From Bugula neritina (Eukaryota; Animalia; Bryozoa), in NCBI GenBank assembly GCA_964035545.1, contig OZ037766.1:31362773-31426772 (forward strand): a DNA stretch of 64,000 nt, written 5' to 3'. Positions 1-13,268 of this stretch are shown here, in pieces. The notes beneath the pieces were generated by a model, which did no database searches, was not told the DNA's origin, and saw only the letters and a program-made list of their open reading frames with translations. How positions within the stretch are numbered: position 1 is the stretch's first letter; the number at the start of each line of letters is the position of its first letter. Position numbers and translations under genes: made by a program.

Positions 1-869
1 AATATGTGGGGCCTTACACCATCACTAAAGTGTTGCCGTTCCAGACTTATCGTATGGTAAAGGATGGCAAATACAGTGTTCAACATGAAGGGCGCATCAA
101 AGCATATGTAGAATCAACTGACTCCAGACAAAAGGATAGAGCACTAGCAGCCACCCCACCTGTTCCAGGTGATACAAGGCCACCTACTGTCGCAGAAACA
201 CCACTGCCCACTATACCATCTCAAGACTTGGTCACCAATGGCTTCATTACAGAAGAAGAAGACGATGTAGAGATCCTGCCTGTCACACCCCAATTATCAG
301 AAGACCCAGCCGTAGTGAGACCTCCCGGAGCCTTACCAGATGCAGAACCTGATGTTGACGTACATAATAGAACTGCTGTAGAACCAGAAACCGACGGATT
401 ACCATCTACCTCCAGTATGAAGGAATTGACCAAGGAGGAAAGTGTTGATGTAAACCGGAAAGACGATGACCATCCCCAAGAAGGCGAGTCTGCAGCTATA
501 GAGGAGTTAGAAACATATGGTGAAGAAACCCACTCAGCTGATCCTGGCTTTAGATCAAACCGCCAAAGACGCAAACCTGTTCGGTTTGGAGACTACCACC
601 TAGATCGAGTACACTCCTGGCCGAAGTCTAACTATACTAACAGAGTTGTGCCAAAGAAGTCAGAGACCCAAACCATTCTACACGCTGACTGGTTCAGTAA
701 CTACCATGAAGAATTTCCTGCATTAGTAGAAGCTGCCAACCCAATTAAAAGACTTAAGAAGGGTCCAATTCCGGGACGGAATTCTATCTCCGGAGGGGAT
801 GGTGTAGTAAAAAATATTATTAGAGCCATCGAGCAGTACACGTTGCGTCAAGTTGACGGCCCTGAATAA
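1..869 (+). mobile_element. C-terminal end of a Gypsy-like LTR retrotransposon pol/integrase ORF (5' part lies outside the window)
   Basis: Intronless 287-aa ORF starting with a GPY/F-type integrase motif (GPYTITKV...TYRM...QHEGRIKAY). It continues into an acidic/Pro-rich tail with RSNRQRRKPVRFGDY and runs across a purine tract into a TGT LTR start. Confidence 0.8.
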
Positions 870-1768
870 CAATATTGTGAATATAGAGACTAGGTCAAGG
901 TGATTTTTATCGGACTTGCAAGTTAAATCATTCTGGCAATATAATTTAACTAACTCAAAGCTAGGTCAACTAATTTTGATATATTGTGATTGGTTGATAC
1001 AAGTTGTAATGCTAATTTTATATTAAATTTGTTGAGTTTTATAAAATTTTTGTATGTAAATAATTGGTTGTACTCCAAGACGTCCGTTTTGTGCTCCAAG
1101 ACGTCCGTAATATGGATATAAATAGAGTTGTAATTTTTAGTAGCAGTCAGTCGACTGTTGCCTGTTGTAATGTTTATAATTGACTCTTATAAATATAATA
1201 AATTTTATTCTTTGCGAAATACTCTGCTCTTTGATTAGGTTGCTATTGAGTTGGCAATAGTGGTGGTTAGTTTCTATAGGTTTGTCAATGGTGATTACTT
1301 GCGCTGCAATTCCTGTTGAATCTCGGTGATTCAAATCCCAGGAATCTGATTTCTGTCACTGTCTCTGACTACAGCTGCTGTGATATAAATCGGCGAACCA
1401 TAGCCGTGTCCCTGTCACGCTCCAGCACTGTTACCGAACACCAGAAATCATTTTTCCACTGTAGTGACTCTCTTGCGTTGCGGAATTCCTGTCGAGTCTC
1501 TGCGATTCGAACATCAGGAATTAGATTTCTGTCACTGTCTCTGACTACAGTTGCTGTGATATAAATCGGCGAACCATAGCCGTGTCCCTATCACACTCCA
1601 GCACTGTTACCGAACACCAGAAATCAATAGTCACTGGAAAATATTAAAATCACATTAGCAAATAATTTGGCAACAAACAGTATTAGATAGTTTAATTAGT
1701 TTTCCGCACAAGGGAATTCTATTCCGACCCTCATTGTTAAGTGAGATTACTTACCGTCAATAGTGACA
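803..1768 (+). mobile_element. Putative 3' LTR (right boundary uncertain)
   Basis: Polypurine tract GGAGGGGATGG (792-802) is followed directly by TGTAGTAA at 803. Candidate end ...GTGACA at 1768. Contains a ~175-bp tandem duplication (1298-1626) and a short duplication of CTCCAAGACGTCCGT (~1070-1108). Confidence 0.55.
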
Positions 1769-3183
1769 CCTGGTGTCAGACACAAATTTACTTCAAATCG
1801 ATAAAAATCAATGCAAGATAAATTACACCTAAAATTGAAAGCAAATTAAAATTACGGGCAAAAAATTAATTAGTACTCGTATGGGTGTCACTGTGTCACT
1901 ATCACTGTGTCAGTGTGCATGTGGTCATGATCATTTCACCCCGTGTTTGCTATTAGCAGAGGAATCACTATAAACAGCACAAAGTTGGGGATCATTAAAT
2001 GTAATGTTGGGTAACATGGTTGTCAGAACGCTAAACCCCAATTCAAATTCGATACCCATTGCATTCAGTGGCTACCAACTCTGTGCTGCTTCTAACAACT
2101 TTTTCTAAAATGGCAATAAAATAATATGTTTTGTAAAACCTCTTAGTTATTTTCTCTCTATTCTCAGCTCGTATGGTATTATTACACAGAGGGCCTACAC
2201 TTCTGCAATTTTTAAACTGTGCATGTGTGTTAAATGCATCGAAGTAAGTGAACACTGTAACAGGTATATAAAAAGTTAAAATATATCTAGCATTAAACTT
2301 ATGTTGCTATCAAGAACTGCTGTCACCAGCTAAGAAAGGGAGAAAAAAGTCACCCAAGTTAAGCAATGAAACTTGTATCCATGTCTTAGCAAAGTTATCT
2401 TTCCCTCAATATTTCTAGTTAACCATTTTACAGTCATAGCAATTTTGGATTAAAATTAATGCCTTAATGATTAAACAATATAGAAATTTTTGTACCAGCT
2501 CTATATATTATGAATATTACAACTTTGATGCTAGTTCAAGAGCAAAAAAGATCTAGAGCTCAGAGGTCAAATCCCTCAACACAATTTCCATGGTACCTAT
2601 TTTATACAGGTCACATTTGACATTAACTGTATTACACATTGATCATTATTTGCATCCAGGACCACAGCGGTGAAAGGTGACCAAAGGTGACCATTATTGA
2701 ATATAATAAAATATTATAACAAAATATAATGAAAAGAAATTTCTCAAATGATTCAGACATAATTTTCTTTCGAAAAAACTTGCCTATTTAAAAAAGCTAT
2801 AAAAAATTAAAATAAAGATGAGATTGTATCTAGAGGTTTGTATACTCCTATACCTTGATGACGACAAGTGCAATAACATAATGTAATAATAATCTACTGT
2901 CTATTTATTATAATAACTAAATTAGTTGTTCAACAAATCAATTAAAATAATTCAGCATCCTAGAAATTCCTAATTATTGTAAAAATAAGAAAATATAATA
3001 AGTATTATGCAGTATTATTTAATATATCATGCATTTAGTGACTACATATTATATAAAAATCAAGGAAACAGGGTGAGACTCTAAGTGTAGGTTGATTTGT
3101 CTTTTACAAACAGACATTGGTTCTCAAAAAACTGCTAACATCACAGAGTGATAACTCCAGAGAGTTTATAATATAGTTTAGTG

Positions 3184-6100
3184 TCACACACTCTGTGATA
3201 TCCACACAACTATATCATAGATAGATGCAGTCATGAAGAATACAATAACAATATACTGGAGATGAATCTGTACTTTAGACAAGGGGAGGGGTATATCCAG
3301 GTCTCTACAAACAATGAGAAGCATGCTGATAGAATTGTAATACCTTTAGACAAAGACTAAGAGGTGTTGGTAATATTAAGCTGCCCAGCTTATCTAATAG
3401 TTGAAACATAGATAATTGCTTGTTATACAAGCCCAACAAATTGATTAGTTGCACTTACAAATTGATATAAAACTACAACATTGAGGAGTTCCTAACACAT
3501 GGCAAAAATTCACACATTAATTATACATTCCCGTTAAGACCAAAACGTGAAAAATAAACATGATAAAATCTTCATCTTTGCTCAACTTTGCTTATGGTTA
3601 CTTAAAACAAATTAAAAAAAGAATCATAAAATAGTAATGCCAGGGTAGGATTTAGATAGTGTATGTTTTTGTGAAAACACTTTATTGCACTTGATTATTT
3701 AAAAAATGCATTTAATTCTTTAGCGTCTAGTCGCCTAAAACACTCGCAGGAATGGTCTTTCAAATTCTTGCTAAACAATGGTTACTTCTACATTATGTAT
3801 CTTTACAAACTATTATCCACAAATTTTACAAACACATATCCTAATTACTCAAAAGACTCACCTGTATTTCCCACTAGTACACTTCCAAACTATGATACTC
3901 ATGAAGAATCCTAACCCGAAGTTCGCAGCTAACGACATCAACTTTTCCACAACCTCCACAAAACTCTACAACAGATGCCAAGCATGATGAGCTATAATTT
4001 TACTAGCGAGATCAATGCTGGAAAGTCAGACAAGATTTTAAAACTTTTTGTAACCATAAAAGAAAGCAACTCCAAAAATAATTTGTATTGTCTGCATGTA
4101 TTGATCAAAGTCGAAGGTTTAGATAAGTGAAAAGTGAAGAAACAAAATATTGCAGATATTATATATAAGTAAAATTATGTTAGGATTAAACATTACACAG
4201 TATAATATAGTAACATTACCTTAGGGTTAAACATTACACAGTATAATATAGTAACATTACCTTAGTATTAAACATTACACAGTATAATATAGTAACATTA
4301 CCTTAGTATTAAACATTACACAGTATAATATAGTAACATTACCTTAGTATTAAACACTACACAGTATAATATAGTAACATTACCTTAGTATTAAACATTA
4401 CATAGTATATTATAGTAACATTACCTTAGTATTAAACACTACACAGTATAATATAGTAACATTACCTTAGGGTTAAACATTACACAGTATAATATAGTAA
4501 CATTACCTTAGTATTAAACATTACATAGTATATTATAGTAACATTACCTTAGTATTAAACACTACACAGTATAATATAGTAACATTACCTTAGTATTAAA
4601 CATTACACAGTATAATATAGTAACATTACCTTAGTATTAAACATTACACAGTATAATATAGTAACATTACCTTAGTATTAAACATTACACAGTATAATAT
4701 AGTAACAATACCTTAGTATTAAACATTACACAGTATATAGTATATAGTAACATTACCTTAGGATTAAACATGGCCACAATGAATATGACGGACAGAAAGA
4801 CAATATTTGCTAGAGAACTTGTAACATTTTGACATTTTATTTCCATAAAGTCACATTTATTCCAGCTTTCTTTCCACCATGAAGTTATGACTCCTTCAAC
4901 TGAAAAATATTCCAAGTTTACAGTACATAGCAATTAGCTGAGTTAGACAATCATATTCACAGTGAGTTCATGCAATAGTGTCTGTTAGTAAGTCATATTC
5001 ATAGAGCAAGGTATGTATGGCAGGGGAGACCATCAACTAGAACATTAAACAACATAATAGAGACAAGGACTTACTTGTATGAGCTAGTACAGTAGCGTTG
5101 TATAGATAGGATACAGTAATGCTGACCATTATGAACAAGGAGATTAGAGTAGCAATCCATCGGTATTGAGGGTAAACTAAATTTATCACCTGAAAATGAA
5201 AGTAAAAAAGCCATTTTGAAACGAAACTCTAATTAGGCATAATTATGTATTTAGCATGTTACTTCAAATTTCGGTATATAAATATAAATAGTACAAACAA
5301 ACACCCACCACGAATACACATAAAAGTATTCAGTAAGTCACAATCAGCTCAAAAATGTTTACTCTGCTATACTATCATATCTTTTCAGTATTCATACATG
5401 ATACCTACAGCATATACATACAAGATGGATTATGTTTACACTACTACAACACAATGAGGTATATTCAGTAGTAATCAGAATAATAGCACCTACTTTAGTG
5501 AAGGGTATTGTAGATATTTCTCCATTTTCAGCAGCACTAAAATATAACATAAGTAATAAGAAATATATAACACAGCAAAACACTTCAATCAGAAATAACT
5601 ACACTACATTGTAATAAGATAGCAAGAGTTCTTGCATACCTCTGAAGAGTATAGTCTGGGGGTAGGCAGTACGTCCCGTTGTTAGTCTGAGAAAGAGAGA
5701 CAGAACAAGGGTCAATCTGTGGTACAACATCCAGAGTAGCCCAACACCAGAGTACTTCCAGTATGTAGACAGTTATGAGACCAAATATAACAGACAGACG
5801 GAAATACCTCACCTGTAATCAAGCATATTGTTCGTGTCACGGAAAGTTGCATTCATAGACTATAGAAAACTGCACGCATAAAACATGTCATGGATAAAAC
5901 GTAACCTCGTGCTGTAGATATCTTAATTTAGTAAACAAGAACGGAAGAGGGATGTAGGTTCCACCCAGAGCAACTGTAGACATCAAGTAGGTATCCTGGA
6001 TATACAGGAAATCACTTGTTATGTGGTTGTGTATGCTGGCACCCGCTACAAACGCCACAATCGCCTGTAAAAGTAGAACAAAAAACCTGCTTACTTATTT

Positions 6101-9100
6101 CGCTAGCTATGCTTGTACTTTCATAACCCAACCTTAGCAAATAACCTTTGTAAATGTTAATATGGCACTTAGGTTTTAACAAAGTACGTGTAGTCTTAAA
6201 AGTTACACCACAACAAATAACATTTAAGCACACATGTTTTCCCAAGCACATTAGAAAATGATAAAAAATATTTTTACTCCAGCAAAGTTTCATTTAAGAT
6301 TATATTGCATGCAAGACCAGTGTAAATTAATCAGAGACAACGAATAGTAAAACTATAAAATATAACATTAGTTATACCTTCCCCAGACTTGCAGGGTGTG
6401 CTAGTATATATTTATACATGTATGTATGTATGTATGTATGTATGTATGTACGCATGTATGTATGTGCGTATGTATGTATACACGTGTCTATGTATGTACG
6501 TATGTACATGTGTGCTCGTAAATATGTATGTGCATGTATGTGTGTAAAAGTGCATAGATAGGCCAACTAGCAGTTTACAAACCGTTACTATTTAAATATA
6601 TAATGTATATCAAATTACACCAACTGGTAGTTGTGCATACTTACAGCCACAAGGAGGAGAGATCCCTTGAATAGAGTTAGAACACTGACTAATGGACTCA
6701 CTAACTTCCTTCCAAACACAGCCAACAAATTCAACAACCAGCAGAAAAATGGAGTCACTGTGAGTACACTGTAAATTACCCAATCACAAAAACATCAACA
6801 GCTTTACCTTGTACAAAGAACCAGGAATACAGTTCAAGGTAAATTACAACAAACAAATAATGTTGAATATAACATGACCATAATAAATGTATTAGAAATT
6901 AAACCTAAATTAATATACCAAATGTAGTCTAACTTTAAACCAACATAATAAGGTTTCAAGTTTTATAAATTCCTACAAGTTGAGGAACAAAAATTAGTCT
7001 ACATTATCTGATTGACTGAGTTGAAGATAACATTACATCTGAAACTTTTAGGACTACTTCATTAAAAAAGGAATCGTCTCCACTTACCTGTTAATGTGAA
7101 ACACTTCAGCATATGCCTGACTCCCAGCTAAGGCGTAGCTAATACCAGCAGTAGAAAAATAAAACAGGAAGTTCATAGTGCTGGCATAACTTAGAATTCT
7201 GGGTAAGAAAACCTTAGCTAATATGAAAATGTTGACTGCCGGCATTTCATCTAAAATATAAAGAAAACAATATATATGTAAAATTATTTGACAGAATAGA
7301 ATGAGTTTATATTTGATGGAATAAATAATTTATTGAGCTATTTGAAATATAATCAATGTGTCTGTTGATGTGTAAACTAAGTAATGCAATTCCCTAGAAG
7401 ATAGAGAGAAGGGTAAAGTGATAAGAAACAGCATAAAAGATCAGAAAGTAGAGCAAAGAACAACAAAAGTAGTAAATACCAACTTTATATGGCATACGAA
7501 TAAGTAATCATCAAGCTTACAATTTGACAGTCAACATAAATATTATTTAGAGAGAACAATATTTGAAGAAACTAGTAACTAGCAACTAGTTTCTAGTAAA
7601 TAGTTGCTAGTCACTAGAAACTATTTACCTACTAGTAAATAGTTACTAGTAAATAGTTACTAGTAAATAGTTACTAGTAAATAGTTACTAGTAAATAGTT
7701 ACTAGTAAATAGTTACTAGTAAATAGTTACTAGTAAATAGTTACTAGTCACTAGCAAATAGTTTTTAGAGTAAGCCTGTATCTATTTAGGATCAGGAATC
7801 ACTCAGCACGCAAACTAGTAACTCAAACGAGCAACTCACACAAGCAACTCGAACTAGAATTTTAAATTAGAAAATAAACATGGCCACAACATCTTCCCTT
7901 TGCAGCCCCTTAATAAACTTTTGATATTAAGTTTTTTTACAATATTTGGAATTTTACACAATTATAAAAATTTAATATAAAAATTCAGCAGCGATTACTC
8001 TCACACAAATATTAATAGATTCAAATCATCATGAATTATATTTGAAGTTTTCACCAAGCCCTTACAGTGAAAACTCATATATACCAGAGTAAGGAAATAA
8101 AATTAGAAAAATCTATAAATAGACAGACAAATAAATTTCCCATTCATAAACTTCAATAATTCATTTTTCTCCAAAAGGACCAAAACAGTCATAATACAGT
8201 AAAAATAATTATCTATTTCATAATTTTTCAAAATTTGAAATCTCTCAACATTACTTTCTAGAAAAAAAAGAACTTAATAATCAATAAAAGTAAACGGTGA
8301 GTAAAAACAAGTGCTAGGAAATTTTTGTCAAGAAAATAAACTGCTGTAAAATAAATTTATCAACAAGACACTTGGTAAACAATTGCAAACAAATAATTAA
8401 CATCCACAACAATTCTGCTTTTATTGTTTTTTTAATCTAGTATAACGGGACCTGCAGGAGAGACTTTACTAATTCATGCAATTTATAAGCAGAGAAAAAA
8501 TTCACTCAATTGGATAAACAAAAAACACACTATTTCAAATTCTCGTACATACCTCGTTAGTCTACTGCTAAAACACAAAGAAAGGTAAGGTGAATGAAAG
8601 ATATAAAATTGTATGTGTATGTGTATTATTCATTAATAGGTAGGTGCGACATTATAGAAATAGTTAAAAAGTCAAGTTCTTAGGAGTATATTTCGGTTTT
8701 TCAAGAACTTTTGCCGTACACTTCAGACCAAATTTACAATATAGGTAATAATCTTATGCCATTGAATTTCAATACTCTTACAACAAGTTGAGTCGATCTT
8801 TCAATATTCAGTATCAGACTAAAGTTCTAGAAAAACCTCCTTAATAGTTTCACTGGTACTGAATCTTTTAACTAATGCAGGTTCAAAAGCATTGACTTGA
8901 TTCATAAACTCATAAGGTTAAAATGGTGAACTGGTATTTTCTCAAACACAGATAAACAAATAAACAAGTGACAAACCTGAGCTGCTCTCAGTCTTGTTGA
9001 AAAGACTTCTCTCTTCTGCTGAGTCTACATCACTCAAACATGACTCATCAGTAACTAATGACTCAGCCAATGGTATTCTATCATAACTCTCCTTTACATC

Positions 9101-10704
9101 CTTCTACAATATCGTATCAAGCTCTTTGGTAGGTAAATACCACCATCAGTTGAATTGAAACTCTAATTTCATATTTATTAGGAAAAAATTGAATTTGCAA
9201 ATGTCATAATATTGCTATATTTACACTAGTAGCACTACAGATGAGTCATTTACACTTTTCAGTAGAAATTAGAGCTTTGCTTTAGTGTTGCTGCTCAAAC
9301 AATCAAAGAGTTTTATGCCAAGCCAGCAAACAAATATATATATACTGTATACAATGTGTGTACTGTGCGTACTAGCAAACTATACAGTATGCATAAGTGT
9401 ATGCATTGTGTGTACGACTGTACGTACGTACGTATGTCTAGTTTGTACACATAGTAAAAAGAGAGTATATCATACATACTTTGGAGTTATCTTCCACTGG
9501 TTCCCCGTGAAGTTGAACATACACTAACTTCTGTAGGGTATCAGTGACAAGAATAATAGCAATAATCTACAAGTAAAAATATATTATATAAAACATGTTT
9601 ACTAACCAAGAAATCAAGATAAATAATAATCCTATTTATAACATACAAAGAAAATGCAAAGCAATTTTTCAATATTATAGAAAAAAAAGTTTGCTAACTA
9701 AAAAATTAAGCATATTTATAACAAATCAATTTCAAGTTTGATAGTTACAGGTGGAATAAATTCCGCCTAAAACCTTTAATCTTATAATATAACTAAATTG
9801 TCAACAGAAATATTTCATAGTTCTTAGAAGAAAATGCAATAATACATGTGTACTACCTGAACTACTAGACATATTGTCAACATGAGAAGAAATGGAGTAA
9901 GTCCAGCACGGGCTAATGTCACAGGTAAACCTGAAAATAAAACAATCATTGTGATATGAGTTTGAAGTTATTACATTTCGATGGGAGGTAATAATGGTTT
10001 CACTAAAACAATCTCAAAACTGAAAAAAGCACTAAAAAATAAAAAATGAAGTAATTGGAATACTATGTAAAATATCAATGATATAAATATGATTTCTGAG
10101 AACTAGGACACATTTAAACCATTTCCATGTAACTTATAACAACCTATTAGCTGAAATACCTGTTAAACATGACAATATTGTCTACATTCTACAGAGATGT
10201 TATTAAATTTTAAATATAAAGCAGATTACACAAATTACAATTTATTTAATTCACTATCATTTCTTCTATTAAAATTTTTTTTTACTAACCTAGGATGCCT
10301 GTTCCCAGCATATAAGCTATAGTCAGAAAATCTGCAAAAGTGTTAACAAAAACAAATGACAATGCGTCAAAACAAATAGAGCATAATTGGTAAAAATATT
10401 CCAAACAGTATGATTAGACTAGCAGACTTAAATTGATAGTTAACTTTTAACCAACAGAAGCACATTATCTTAACAAGAAATTAACAAAAATGCAATATAG
10501 GCTACCACATTTAAAAATTCCGCAGCAGCAGAAGTAAGGTTTCTGCAAAACTTACCATGATAATCAAAACTAATAAGTTTAAAATGTGTATTCATTGTGG
10601 TTATTGGAGGGCATATAGACATAAAACAATGCTTACTTACAGCATTGTAAGTAAACTGTGAAGTTAGAGTAGAAAGTTGTAGCTGAAGAAGAGAATACAG
10701 CCAT
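3184..10704 (-). CDS. Amino-acid permease-like multi-pass transporter, paralogue A (14 exons, ~512 aa)
   Basis: Exons 10704-10641, 10331-10290, 9930-9857, 9566-9480, 9103-8977, 7250-7088, 6768-6645, 6064-5906, 5812-5640, 5536-5494, 5189-5075, 4899-4757, 3965-3862, 3304-3184. All introns are GT-AG and the joined frame is open. TM1 motif YMLGTGILGLP is typical of Aa_trans/Trp-Tyr permease (APC fold) proteins, and many hydrophobic segments follow. Confidence 0.85.
4181..4756 (-). repeat. 41-bp minisatellite (~14 units) starting at the intron 12 donor of paralogue A
   Basis: Unit on the coding strand is GTAATGTTACTATATTATACTGTGTAATGTTTAATACTAAG. Confidence 0.95.
6417..6545. repeat. Degenerate (ATGT)n microsatellite
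   Basis: atgtatgtatgt... decaying into purine/pyrimidine-alternating sequence. Confidence 0.85.
7631..7748. repeat. 14-bp tandem repeat (ACTAGTAAATAGTT) x ~8
   Basis: Directly visible, with degenerate and inverted copies in the flanks. Confidence 0.9.
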
Positions 10705-12454
10705 CACAGCCTCGTTGAAAGGTTCTTAAAATCCCTTTAGTGTATTAATAGTTATCTTTCCTACTCACTAATGCATAGTGATTATTGAAATTTTGTGCAA
10801 TACAGCAACAAAACAAAACTATCAATGCCTTGAGTCAATTCTGCAAAGTAAAAAATATTTAAAAATAAATCTATACAAAGCAAGATACAATGCAGTATGA
10901 GTGAGCTGTATGACAGTATAACCATAAGTATATGACCATAAAAATTCAAGAAATATAATTTCAATATCAATGTCATATTTTTAGTCATTATATCATAATA
11001 GAATTTTTTATCATAAACTTATATGAGTCAGAATAGCAATGCGATCAAGAATTGGTAGAATATTTATACTAACAGTAACTTTAAGTTTAAGACTAAGACT
11101 AGTAGTAGTACTTTACAACTACTCAACTAGTATTACTACTACTAGCAAATTATTAATCATAACATTTAATTATTTAATATTTAACAAGCAAATAGCGATA
11201 ACTCTAACTGTAAAATTTACTGCTAGGCAATAACACTAACTGTTAGTGTTAGCAACTTAATAAATAGTAATACTAAGATTTTAGTAATCAATGTAATGAT
11301 CATACTTATAGTTATACTTATACTAACTCTGAGTCCCAGTCTGATAATAATACTAATAGTAATTATAACTTTTACTATGAGTAAAACCAGTAGTATGAGT
11401 ATTAGTATCAATTGGTATTAGTATTGTTATTATACTTACTCTTCGTCTTACTCTTAGTACTAGATTTAGACTTACTTATCTTAGAATTCGAGTTAGACTA
11501 AACACTTACTCTTACTCTTAGTCTTAGAATTTCACTTTGATCTTATATTACTCACTGAATGTCAATCATCGCTGTACGCCTGGTGAATATTGATAAGTTT
11601 TTTTATTTGTTGACTGACTATCAGTATTAGCATTAGCATTACTTATACTAATACTAATACTAATAGTAATTGTAAATACTACCAAGTGGCCTACTAGTAG
11701 GCAAGCGCCAACACTAAAAAATAAAGTAAATAATTCGACAAACAGGAAGTAAGTATAATTGTTAGTAAATTGAACAGCTGCATGGTCATGATTAGATAAC
11801 TCTAACATAACATGTAATATTTCAACATCCTTCTTTAGTTGCAGGATTAAAAAGCACCCAAAAACTCTGCGGGAATTGTTCTTAAATTGATTGCCATTCA
11901 GAATTATCTATACTCAAAGTGGATAGTAGCTATGTATAGTCAAAATCGGCTGGTGTGGCATTTTCCCCCAATAAATCATAAAAACATATTGGAACACAAC
12001 TGTTTATATGCATACATAAAGCCTAGGTGTTTGCCTCGCCAGCTTATGCCGCATAGCCTTGCTATTTTTTTACCTTTGGTTACTGGTAGAAAATACCGTA
12101 TAGTTTCTAATATTACTATTGTCTTTTATTCTTTTCTTGTACTGATCACAGAGTTCGACTATAATTAATGAGAACATGACAGTAATTATAAAAGCATGTG
12201 CTAGCAGAAAATATTATGGAGTGCATATTGAAATATTGTAGTAATTTGTGCAATTACTGAGCGTGAGTTATTTACTTGCGTATAGTTAGCTGGTTATTCT
12301 GTTATCAATTACTAGGGTAGCTGTCGAGTAATTATATTTATTATCCACAATAAAGCATAAAACAAACATCACATCAAATTATCCTATACAAGAGTCAACT
12401 ACCAACACATGTTACTACTACAAGCCTCCGCTTACAACAACGTGATATAATGTT

Positions 12455-12505
12455 AATAACCCGGGAAGTGTCACGTGAATCGGAAGCATATCTTCCGGAG
12501 CTGCT
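12455..12505. promoter_or_regulatory. Probable promoter of paralogue A: E-box/CLEAR-like GTCACGTGA plus ETS-like CGGAAG motifs
   Basis: Locally CpG-rich ccgggaagtGTCACGTGAatCGGAAGcatatCTTCCGG in an otherwise AT-rich background, ~1.8 kb upstream of the A start codon. Confidence 0.45.
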
Positions 12506-13268
12506 AATTGGTTGCTACATAAGAGTCTAAGTATTCCAAGAGTAGGGAGAGGGCGATTCCCGTATTTGTACTTTGCACTACTCACTACAATATATATTGT
12601 ATTGCTTTCTACACTACCCAGCGAAGCTGTTAAATCAAATTAGCAATTAATGTTATATTAGATTATATTTATAGCATTCATTTATTGTAATAAAAATACA
12701 ACTGATTAGAACTAACTTTCCTCCCACATATTGTATAATTAGCTGAATTATCATGATAATAAAAAGTTTAAATTAATTATTAGAAAATTAAATTAGTTTA
12801 GAAGCAACACTATAAAGGTGAGGTGAGGGTGAACTAAAATGTATTGCATGTGAAAAAATAATAAAAGAACCATTACAAAGAGTGAAAAAGAAAATAATTT
12901 TTAAAAACATATGCGAACATTTAATGTAACAGCTAGACTAATTAAGACAATATCTACAGGTAAAATAATATAATGTAATAGTAATCTATATGTTCTTTAC
13001 CATAAGAACTAAATTAGTTGTTCAACACAGTAGTTAAAGTAACAAGGTATTTTAATCTTGTTGATTTTAACAAAAATTGAAAATCTAAGTATTGTGCAAT
13101 ATTATTTAGTAAATCATGCATTCAGTGACATGAAAACATAGAATCAAGGAAACAGGGTGAGACTCTAAGTGTAGGTTGATTTGTCTTTCAACAACCCAAC
13201 AATGGTTCTCAGAACGCTGTGAGCATCACAGAGTGATAACTCTGAAGAGTTTATAACATAGTTTAGTG

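Noticed and set aside
221-574. Antisense 117-aa ORF in the retrotransposon
   Set aside because: Shadow frame of the sense ORF with no recognisable motif.
4181-4756. 41-bp arrays as CRISPR arrays
   Set aside because: Head-to-tail units with no unique spacers, no cas genes, and an intronic eukaryotic context.
11039-11808. Hydrophobic Ile/Leu/Thr/Ser-rich ORFs as membrane proteins (also 59688-59897)
   Set aside because: By-products of the hexamer-periodic low-complexity tracts.
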